64,000 nt of DNA. Source: Octopus vulgaris. Taxonomy: Eukaryota. Shown here piece by piece: positions 52,959 to 64,000 of the stretch. Position 1 is the first letter of the stretch; the number at the start of each line of letters is the position of its first letter. A model generated the notes under the pieces. That model ran no database searches, was not told the DNA's origin, and was given only the letters and a program-made list of their open reading frames with translations. Position numbers and translations under genes: made by a program. The stretch lies in the NCBI GenBank assembly GCA_951406725.2, contig OX597814.1, positions 157,790,001-157,854,000 on the forward strand, in the 5' to 3' direction.

Positions 52959-54090
52959 AAAAAATGAAGTTCGAAAATGCTGCTGTATTATACAATTTTT
53001 AATTTTTATATATACATTATAACATGTTTCAGTTCCTGAAATGAACCATATCAAAAAAAGTTATATATAAAAAGAGACAGCTCATGCCGTCAAACACAAG
53101 AAATTCATTTATAATACACAACGGAGTCAGACATCTTAGAGTTCATGTATAGTTGATATATAGTTCATGTATAGTTGATATATAGTTTGAAGTATATGTT
53201 CAAAGTGTTCGATGCAGTGGCCCACGGTGGCGATACGTATTCAATACAAAAAACAGATCAAAGTGGTGGAAAGCGGTCAATACAGAAGATTGATGTTTCC
53301 GAAAGAGCGAGGAATTCATTTTTACCTTAAGCAATTGTGATGACCCATGGTGGAAGTTCGCTGGGTGGTTCTAGTGAGTTTTTGTGAAATGCTCGGTTTT
53401 ATAATGCCTGTTAGGTGGTCAATCTAGCGTAGCGTGACGTCATCAATGTTTTGACCAATCGTTTCGTTAGGTGGCTTTAATCAAGTGGAACGGGACGTCA
53501 TCATTATTTTGACCAATCGCTGCATTATAACTCCCTCTTGTTTGTTTCCTGTCTTGACCAGTCGCTTCGTTAGTCAAGCATAGCGGGACGTCATCCAGAT
53601 TCTGCCCAATCACGACTTATAGCTACATTAGATCTGCCCCCTGTCTGTACTTGTTAGGTGACTATTCAAGCAGAAAAGGACGTCATCAATATTCTGACTA
53701 ATGACTGTCCCCTGTTTGTATCCTGTCCATTCTAGCAGAGCTAGACGTCATCAACTTGTTGACCAATCAGAATCGGGTCTGACCCTTAGCTGTATCGTAT
53801 GTATCAGGGTCAGATTTGCACGAAAGAATTTTTTTCCTTTTTTACTAAGGCATATTTCCGTCAGAGTGAGTGTCTGTTTGAAGTAGCGGCCGTGGTGAAA
53901 TTTGGTTCTCCTTTTCGGAGGACTTATCTTTTGTTTTAGTATTCCTGGCCCAGGGTGTTTAAACTTGGTCTAAATTTTTTTATGAAATATAGTTCTTTAT
54001 TTTGGCGTTGTGTGAAGGTTGCGTTGTCACTGAATTTATAGAGCGGGTTAGTTGTAAATTTCGGATTTACATTTCCAGCACATCTATCTA
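52955..54090 (-). mobile_element. 5'-truncated Penelope-like element (GIY-YIG endonuclease C-terminus + 3' UTR/pLTR)
   Basis: The minus frame from ~54090 to 53936 reads IDRCAGNVNPKFTTNPLYKFSDNATFTQRQNKELYFIKKFRPSLNTLGQEY*, matching the R..KE..FI...P.LN terminal motif of GIY-YIG nucleases. A decayed hammerhead is at ~53018-53060. Flanked by (TA)n. Confidence 0.78.
53436..53768 (+). promoter_or_regulatory. Array of five GACGTCATC-N8-G(A/C)CCAATC modules (CRE-like + CCAAT)
   Basis: Copies start at 53436, 53494, 53587, 53679 (GACTAATG variant) and 53744. The spacer is always 8 nt and differs in sequence. Confidence 0.6.
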
Positions 54091-54098
54091 TCTATCTA

Positions 54099-54137
<39 letters not shown>

Positions 54138-54140
<3 letters not shown>

Positions 54141-54848
54141 AATGGTTGTGTGGTAAGTATGTTTCTTACTAACCAGATAGTTCTGGGTTCAGTCCCATTG
54201 CATGGCACCTTCGGCAAATGTCCTCTACTATAACCTCTATATGTATGTATGTATGTATACATATACATATGTAACATGTGCACACACACATATATATATA
54301 TACACATATATACATTCATATGAATATTTATACATATACACATATTAATACCTTAATATATATAAGGTGGAAAAAAGAGTACTCAAATACCAGAGATAGA
54401 GTAATATGCTTTATCGTTATTTCTGTTCCATTTTACGAACGGGAACGTGAAACTCTAAGTAACAGCTTTTGTTATATTTCTGCTGCTTTTATTTAAAGCA
54501 TGTTCATATATAAAATTATATAGAACAAAATTAAATATACGATAAAACATTTACCTATAATTAAGTAAAGTACAAAATAATAAATAAATAGTATATATAT
54601 ATATATATATATATATATAGGAATGGTTGTGTGGTAAGTAAGTTTCTTACTAACCCAGATAGTTCTGGGTTCAGTCCCATTGCATGGCACCTTGGGCAAA
54701 TGTCCTCTACTATAACCCCTGGCCGCCCAAAAGAGACCGATAGAATAAGTATAGCGTTTACAAAGAATAAGCCTTGGGGGTCGATTAAATTGGTTGTCCA
54801 ATATGACCGCAGACAAATAAATGAAACAAGTTAATAAATAAAGGAATG

Positions 54849-54850
<2 letters not shown>
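54138..54850 (+). mobile_element. Two locally duplicated SINE heads (54138-54240, 54618-54850)
   Basis: Both start AGGAATGGTTGTGTGGTAAGTA and share private substitutions relative to other copies of the family. Confidence 0.75.
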
Positions 54851-54907
<57 letters not shown>

Positions 54908-55046
54908 TTGAGTAGAAACATGAAATATCTTTTTATGGATAATTCGTTTAACCGATACCTGGGTAGCAAATTTACATCAGAAATAACACGGTTGAAGTTA
55001 CGTGCCTAGGGCAGAGACTACGTGTTTTCGTGTGGAAATTTGTGTC

Positions 55047-55561
<515 letters not shown>

Positions 55562-55593
55562 TTTATTTAAAGCATCAGAAAATTCAACAATAT

Positions 55594-55631
55594 CTGTTAC
55601 TCTGAGTTTCTCGTTGCCGTTCATCAGACAG
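55594..55631 (-). ncRNA. Minimal type I hammerhead ribozyme motif
   Basis: CUGU-CUGAUGA-ACG(GCAA)CGA-GAAA-CUCAGAG-UA-ACAG. The core is intact, with an A.A mismatch at the base of stem II. Confidence 0.7.
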
Positions 55632-56806
55632 TTTTTGCTAGAATGGAACCGATATATCAATTCAATCCAGACTCTTACAAACGCTACACCTTTAAAAGAA
55701 AATGGACTTGTTTGATTGGCTCTTTAGAAATAACGGTCAATCTTCGAGCGATAAACAAAAAAATGAGCTCAAAAATATATGTATATATATATATAAAAAA
55801 ATTATAAAAATTATAAAAATTATAAAATTCGAGGAAAAAACCTTACATTGAATAAAATACATATTGACGTTAATGAAGGAAATATAATTAATGCATGGAA
55901 ATTAAAAGCATTATAAATATTACACTGCAATACATATTCATATTAAAGTGTACATATATATATCAACATACACAGAAGGATGCGTACAAACGCCATACAT
56001 ATACAGACGTATAAATATAAATCTAATATATACACACAAATGCATGCATACATATATGTACGCAATCTATCTCGCACGCAAGTTAAAATCATCTATGCTA
56101 ATGTAGCGTTTCTTATTTACGGAGTAAAGCTTAAGTAAGGGGGACGTAAAGTTTTGGGTAATTTCTGGTGGGGAGGCTTTGATCTTGTGCTGCAATTAAA
56201 AATTTTTAAACAATAACCAAAGCTCTTTCTCCCAAAAGGGGAGGGTTACAGTTTACAATTATTTAACAATTGGAACACAACAACTTTTCCCTTACGAGGA
56301 ACCAACAAACGTGATAACAATAGTTAAACAGTAATAATAATAACAACAAACCTTACGGTGAATCAAAAAGCAGTACAAATTTGATTTAATTCAATTTATT
56401 CCCATTCATGTGAAACCACTTATTCAAGTTCAAGTCATTGATGGAATTTCATACCAACTGCTATTTTTACTTTTGTTATGTTACGATTATATTATACTTT
56501 AGTTTGATTTTAATTATTACTTACTACATATAATTCAATTGTTATTATTATCTCTAATTTTTATTGTTACAGTGAAAGTATCTGACATAAAATAGAGAAA
56601 TGTTTTTGTTTCACTTTTAACACGTAATACTGAAATAGTGGAGAAGATATGATATTGCTATGGGCTCGCTCGAGGAAAGAAGTTGAACATTTATTTTGCC
56701 CATGAAACTACATGGACCCTAAGTAAGGCATGTGTAAAATTTGAATGAAATTGGTTGTGTAGTTCTCTAGTCTTAAGGAAATACACAGACAGACACACAT
56801 TCTCAG

Positions 56807-56885
<79 letters not shown>

Positions 56886-56919
56886 TAGATAGATATAGAT
56901 ATAGATATATATATATGTA

Positions 56920-58068
56920 TTGGGTCATAAAGCGGTTTTTGCGATTGCATGAATTAAAAGGCGGAGGGGGACTGGATAAACTACCTGTATCAACTCGGTA
57001 TAAATGCAGGTGGTAATTTTACTTTGTACTTAGTGCAAGTTTTGAAGACTGAATTTCGATTTCAAAAGTTATTTTTTCAAAGCTATAATGGAGGTCACAA
57101 ACGAGCATATTCATCATATTTTGCACTATGAGTTATATGCCAACGCTGTTCCAGAAACCAAGTCGGAAATTACATCCTAGAAGACGAGCCTCGTCTTTGA
57201 AGATCTGTTGAGCTTGACGAGAACGTCCTGCAAACAATGGGGGAACAAAGCCCATCGTAACTGCTGAGGAACTAACAGAAGTTTGGATTTGGTTATTCAA
57301 CCATTCATCGACACCTGCGTACTATCGGTAAAGCTAATTGGGTGAATGGGATCCTCAGAAACTTTCCGAGTTTAATCGCACGCATAGAGATAATGTTTGG
57401 TTTATCTTGCTGTCACGTCGCACGAATATACCTCTTTTAAACCGAATTGTAACTGGTGACGAGAAATGGGTTCTCTATAAAAATGCCAAGCGCCGAAGAC
57501 GGTGAGTAGGAAAAGGAGAAACACCGGCGCCCCAGGCTAAAGAAAGTCTTCACCAACCTAAGGTATTGTTAACTCTTTGGTTTGATATGAAAGGTTTAAT
57601 CCACTTTGTACTTATAAATCCAAACCAAACGATAACAAAGGAGATCTACTGCAAGCAGCTTGAGCTGCTTAAGTCAGTTCTAGAAGAAGAACGAGCATCT
57701 TTGATTTCAAGACGAAAGATGTTCTTCCATCAGAGTGATGCTCGGCTGCATACAGCGTGAAAGACGTTCCAGAGGCTGGAGCAGCTTAATTGAGAAGAAA
57801 TACCCCATATTCACCAGACATTTCCCCATCTGATTATCATTTATTCCGTAGTCTTCAAAATCTTTTGGACGGAAAAAATCTGCAGGCAAGGTCAGAATAG
57901 TACTGGAGGAATATTTTTAGTCAGGGACAAGTGAATTTTGGAAGAGGGCCTTGGAGGTCTACCAAATAGATGGAAGAGTATTATAGAAAATGAAGGAGCG
58001 TATATTTAAGATTAAAAAAGAACATTAAAAGAAGTATAAAAAATCGCATTATTTATGGGATGACCCAA
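56920..58068 (+). mobile_element. Defective mariner transposon, copy 2
   Basis: Same shortened 5' terminal repeat, N-terminal deletion, stops and 3' flank as 23146-24283. TGDEKWVLYKN motif present. Confidence 0.92.
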
Positions 58069-58356
58069 TATGTATACATATATACATACGTACATACATG
58101 CATACATGCATACATACATACATGCATACATACATACATGCATACAGCAGTTGTCAATGCAGAACTGAAATATAGAGAAAACGACAGTGAGAGATCATCA
58201 GCATCATCATCATCATTGTCATCATCGTCATTCTTCTTCTTCTTCTTCTTCTTCTTCTTCTTCTTCTTCTTCTTCTTCTTCTTCTTCTTCTTCTTCTTCT
58301 TCTTCTTCTTCTTCTTCTCTTCCTTCTCCTTCTTCATATTATTACTATTATTATTA

Positions 58357-60434
58357 TTTTTTTTTCTTCTTTCAAATTTTCTTCCATTTCTTGCCGAGTG
58401 TCTTCCCGACTCCTAGGGCAAAGAAACTCATAGTGTATATTGGTAGGCCATTAAACCAAACTCAGTAGTTCGTTCATTTTTTTTTTTTTTTTTTTTAAAG
58501 TTAAATTAAAATACATGAGCAGCAACAGTTCTCACATCGACAATGCTCTTCTCAATACGTGTGATGTACCAGTTAAGACAATCTTTTGCACTTCTTGCAG
58601 GGATGGTAAGCCAGGGATCATTCTCATATAATTTTCGGTTCCTTTCTTGATCATTCCTAGTGCTCCTACGATCACTGGTATTGTAACCGCCTTGAGATGC
58701 CACATTTTCTCAATTTCAATGAGTAGGTCTTTATATTTTCTGAGCTTGTCAAACTCTTTCGCTGAGATATTATGATCACAGGGGATGCTCATGTCGATCA
58801 ATAAGCAAACTTTATTGTTTTGGTCTTTCACAACAATATCTGGTTTATTGGCCTTGATGGTTCGGTCTGTATGTACTGGAAAGTCCCACAGAATGGTTAC
58901 ATTTTCTCCTTCAGTTACAGCCTCAGAGTGGTGATTATACCACTTGTCGGCAGTTTTGATATTGTAATGCCGACTTATTAGCCAGTGGAGATATTGGCCA
59001 ACTCTGTCATGTCTTAATTTATACTCCACTGGTGCTAAGACTTTACATCCAGAGATTAGGTGGTCCACTGTTTCAATCATGTCGTTGCAGAATCGGCATT
59101 TTGGGTCTGCTCCATTTTTCATCACATTGGCCTGATAGTTCCGGGTTGATAGGCTTTGGTCTTGAGCAGCCAGGATGAAACCTTCGCTCTCTGCTTTTAG
59201 CCCTGAGCTCCGCAGCCACTGATGGGTTTGCTTCTGGTCAACATCAGCTTGTTTGCTGCGGGTCACATATTTGCCGTGCAGAGGTTTCTCCTCCCACCTA
59301 TCAGCCAATTGCTCGTGCGCTTTTTTCATTGCCATCATTTTCACCTTCTTTGCAACAATAGTTGCCGTACTTCCCTCGGGTTGTTCAGTTTGGGTATCCT
59401 GCACGAGATCAATAGCAAATTTTTTGCTTTCCTTGATGATAGAATGAAGCTTCTTTCGTCTCTCGTGGATTTTCCACGAGCTTTAGCATCCAGTCATTCG
59501 ATATTTCGAGATATTTGGCCAGTCCAATTGTGGTTGTTTTGTAAGCTAGTTCAAATTGGATCAGGCCTCGACCTCCTTGGGCTCTGGGAAGGTAAAGGCG
59601 ATCGACGTCTGCCTTTGGGTGGTGCATCCTATTACAACTCAGCAGCTTGCGTATTTTTCTATCTATATTCTTTACTTCACTCATATTCCAGTTCAACACA
59701 TTGTAGCTATAAGTAACAACTGGAACTGCTAGGGAATTTATAGCTAACACCTTGTTACGTGCATTTAGTTCAGATTTCAGAACTGCACGAACTCTCCTAT
59801 AACATTCCTTCCTGATTTTCTCTTTCATGCTTGCATGCTGAATACCAGAGCCTTCATTTATCCCTAAATATTTGTATGTTTGTTCTTGCTCAAGCTCTCT
59901 TATGACTGTGTCGACATCTAACACGACTGAATTTGTGGTCTTCACTTTCCCTTTCTGGAAAGTGGCCTTGGCACACTTCTCAAGTCCAAACTCCATCCCG
60001 ATGTCATCGCTGAATGCTTTCACAGTGCGCAATAGGCGGCCTTCAAGTTCATTATTGTCTTTACCATAAAGTTTTAAGTCATCCATATAAAATAGATGGC
60101 TTATTTTTTTATTGGCAATTTTATACCCATACCCTGTTCTGTTTAATTCACTTGTAAGGGGTATTAGGGCTATGCAGAATATTAAAGGTGAGAGTGAGTC
60201 ACCTTGAAAAATTCCACAGTTGATGTTTATATTTTCTGAGGCATGTACTCCATTAGAGTGGTATAATTAGAGATTCGTATTCCACAACGACATATTGTGC
60301 TTCAGGAAGTTTGAAATCACAGGGGAAATTTTGAAGATGTCCAGCGATCTCAAGATCCATGGATGCGGTATACTGTCGAAGGCCTTTTTGTAGTCAATCC
60401 ATGCGGTGCTGAGATGCCTTTTTATAGTCAATCC
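58357..60434 (-). mobile_element. R4/Dong family B, 5'-truncated within the RT
   Basis: Near-identical to 28748-30801, with one frameshift at ~59467. Flanked by (TAA)n. Confidence 0.95.
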
Positions 60435-60492
<58 letters not shown>

Positions 60493-60521
60493 CATTATTA
60501 TTATTATTATTATCATTATTA

Positions 60522-61035
<514 letters not shown>

Positions 61036-61944
61036 GAAATTCTAATACGACTCACCGACTAGATGAATGCTCCAGAAGAAAAAATCCCCATGAATATGAG
61101 AAGGGTATATAGAAGTATGAAAAGATAAATACTGTCATACCATACATTCCGTTATTCTTAAGAAGATATGGTCTAATTTATATCGAACAGATTGAATATT
61201 TGCTTAGTGTCACTGTTGCTTGTTAAACTTTTCTTGAGTTATATTAATAAGCGGCATAAAGTATTTTGCTTGCGTATTTAAAAGAAGAGTGGAATATAAA
61301 ACAGTTTTATCTGAATAGAAGTAATTGGCTCTAAGCGACTGAGGGGACATTTTAATTATAGTTAGAAGAGTAGAAGAGCTTCGATGAGATTACTTAAATC
61401 GTGCAAAACACTTTCGCGCATAGAATACAGCTACAAAATCTCCTGTTAAGAATCTCTCAATCTAAATGGCTAGTGGGAGGTTGAAGTGGATGAGTATCAC
61501 TTTACTAGAAGTTTGTCACTCAGCTATAGCTGGAAATCATATAAAAGAACCAAAACTAAAATATGTCTTGCATCGAAGTTGTAAAGACATGTAACCATGT
61601 GTCAGGTAAGAAATAGGATCTCTGATAAATATGATTCTTAGAAATCACTGAGTGAAGGAAAAGATACAAAATTAGAACGAAAGGAATCGTATCATAAAAT
61701 TAGAGATGTTTGAGATATGAGCAACAGTCGGGATTTCCGTAAGCTAGAAAGTTTGCTTCTTTACACTTTAATAATGCAGCAACCTGTTTCTATACACGTT
61801 CATTAAGAAGCGAGAAGTATCAAAATATGTGATGAGAATAAAAATTGGTTATGAGTATACATTTCTAACCTTAATGGATGGAATATTGACTGGTCGCAAT
61901 GTACTTTTGTATTCTTAGGATTAAAAGATTTAACACATAATATA

Positions 61945-62175
61945 TTTCTTTACTACCCACAAGGAGCTAAACACGGAGGGGACAAACAAGGACAGACAAA
62001 GGGATTAAGTCGATTACATCGACCCCAGTGCGTAACTGGTACTTAATTTATCGCCCCCGAAAGGGATGAAAGGCAAAGTCGACCTCGGCGGAATTTGAAC
62101 TCGGAACGTAACGACAGACAAAATACGACTATGCATTTCGCCCGGCGTGCTAACGTTTCTGCCAGCTCGCCGCCT
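61945..62175 (-). mobile_element. tRNA-derived SINE (second family)
   Basis: A and B boxes. Flanked by GATTTAAC(A/G)CATAATA direct repeats. Absent from the paralogous intron at ~40060. Confidence 0.9.
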
Positions 62176-62461
62176 ACTTATGATTTAACGCATAATAACT
62201 ATGTGCTTGGGAGGTGGAGAGAGCTCTGGAAAAGAAAATTTTAGAAAGAGATTTATTATGTATGCAAAATCGAAACTGAAAGGAAAGTGTCTATCAATTC
62301 TACTTGCCAGTGTGCAGTTACGAATCAGTTTCATTTGAGGTGTACTAAGTAAGGAAAGATATATCTAAGTCAGTTAAAAGTTAATGGCAACCTGAAATTA
62401 ATAAAGTTATTACTTTCCCAAAAGATCTAACACATGAAACATATTTTCCGTCTTTTTATAG

Positions 62462-62635
62462 CTGAATGCCCAATATCAGTCGGCTACACTTACCAACCAG
62501 AATTTAGATTATGTTATCAAATACGTTCAAATAAAATGTCATGGAATAACGCTGCAGACGATTGCAATGAGAAACGAGGACAACTTATTCACATTAAAAA
62601 TAAGGAAGTAATGCTCTATCTACAAGACAAATTGA
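62462..62635 (+). CDS. Paralogous C-type lectin exon 2 (second cassette)
   Basis: Same length (174 nt), phases and splice signals (TTTTTATAG|, A|GTGAGT) as 40388-40561. ECPISVGYTYQPEFRLCY..SWNNAADDCNEKRGQL. The flanking introns are homologous (~61520-63430 vs ~39680-40920). Confidence 0.85.
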
Positions 62636-62859
62636 GTGAGTAACAGTTTGCTATTTTATACACACACTCCTGCACACATAACACACACACTCTCTCTCTC
62701 ACACACACCTTCTCTCTCTCTCACACCCCTATCTCTCTCACACACACACCCTCTCTCTCCTCCTCCTCCCCTCTCCCCTTCTCTCTCTCTCTCTCTCACA
62801 CAGACGCATACACACGAATGTACTCAAGATACATCTAATGTCATGAACTATAACTGTTT

Positions 62860-63235
62860 GGTTGTGTCTGAGGAGAGTCATTTTCTTTTTGTGCCTTATA
62901 ATGTAACACACTCATCGGTAAAATTACCACATTTTTCTTATTTTTATTTTCCTAAAATTTTCGTTTTCTTTTTGTGCCTTATAATGTAACACACTCACCG
63001 GTAAAATTTCCACTTTTTTCTTATTTTTATTTTCCTAAAATTTTCGTTGCAAGACGCAACGAAAATTTTAGGAAAATAAAAATAAGAAAAGTGGAAATTT
63101 TACCGGTGAGAGTGTTACATTATAAGGCACAAAAAAGAAAATGACTCTCCCCAGACACAACAGAGTATGGTTAAACACATATGGTTAAACACGAACACAT
63201 ATAAAGAATCTCGCAAACCAAATCCACAAACGAAA
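62860..63235. mobile_element. Tandem-plus-inverted repeat insertion (Penelope-like pLTR architecture)
   Basis: An ~85-bp direct duplication followed by an inverted copy around a 5-nt loop at ~63050. TATAACTGTTT lies on both sides. Same family as ~3602-3730. Confidence 0.75.
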
Positions 63236-63787
63236 TATAACTGTTTCATAACATGCTTAATTTAAATATTCTACCATTTTGCAAATAACATTCCATTTAC
63301 TTCTAACTTTCCTTGATTTGCACTCCCTGGTTGTTTGAATGACGACGAGAAAATACACTAGCTTTTGATGAAAGACTGAATATAATCATTTAATTTCAAA
63401 CATATATTTTGAAAAAATTATAAATACACTAGCAAAGATACTCGGCGTTGACCGGAATTAAAATGGCATAGATTGTTATTGTTTTAATTATTTCAGTCAG
63501 GTGAATGTGGTCATCCTGGGGCGCCGCCTTTAGTTGAAGAAATCGCCCCCCGGATTTATTCTTTGTCAGCCTAGTACTTATTCTATGGGTTTATTTTACC
63601 AAACTGCTAAGTTACGGGGATTTAAACACAGCAACATTGGTTGCGAAGCACGAAGTTTTGTCAGTGACCAGGTTGCGGTCTCAAAGCGACGAAAATATTT
63701 TGACAAATTAAATAGAAATGTTGAAGTGAAGCTAACGGTTTTGTGTGTTTCTTAAATGGCTTATAAGCACCTTCCACGCTGCAATTG

Positions 63788-63830
<43 letters not shown>

Positions 63831-64000
63831 CATATATATATATATACAGACATATATATATATATATATATATATATACGCAAAATATATAGAGTAGCGA
63901 ATATTATTAGAAATTTCACTACCAGTGGCCTAACATGTATAAAAATTAATAGACAACTTATTCTCAATATAAAATAGTGTACATTTAGACACAAGAGAAA

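Noticed and set aside
53436-53768. Repeat-spacer pattern resembling a CRISPR array
   Set aside because: The repeats are short, bipartite and irregularly spaced, there are no cas genes, and the context is eukaryotic.

Overview
AT-rich, microsatellite-dense animal genomic DNA. The SINE and repeat families look cephalopod (octopus-like), which is an inference. One host gene is supported: a 3-exon, + strand gene for a secreted PAN/Apple plus C-type lectin protein (19301-19655, 40388-40561, 47030-47268; both introns phase 1; 255 aa). A second, diverged but intact copy of the first lectin exon lies downstream (62462-62635), with no visible PAN exon of its own. The rest is mostly mobile DNA. A head-to-tail stack of R4/Dong-clade RLE non-LTR retrotransposons sits in a (TAA)n tract; one copy has an intact 1180-aa ORF and a duplicated 5'-UTR monomer. 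There are also older Dong fragments, an L1/Tx1 relic, mariner and DD37D relics, Helitron derivatives, tRNA-derived SINEs and MITEs. Most notable are several unrelated small elements, mostly in or beside (TA)n tracts, that form long inverted repeats and carry minimal type I hammerhead ribozyme motifs (Penelope-like pseudo-LTRs or retrozyme-like). One Penelope 3' end with a GIY-YIG tail carries a fixed-spacing CRE/CCAAT array. All alignments and counts were done by eye.
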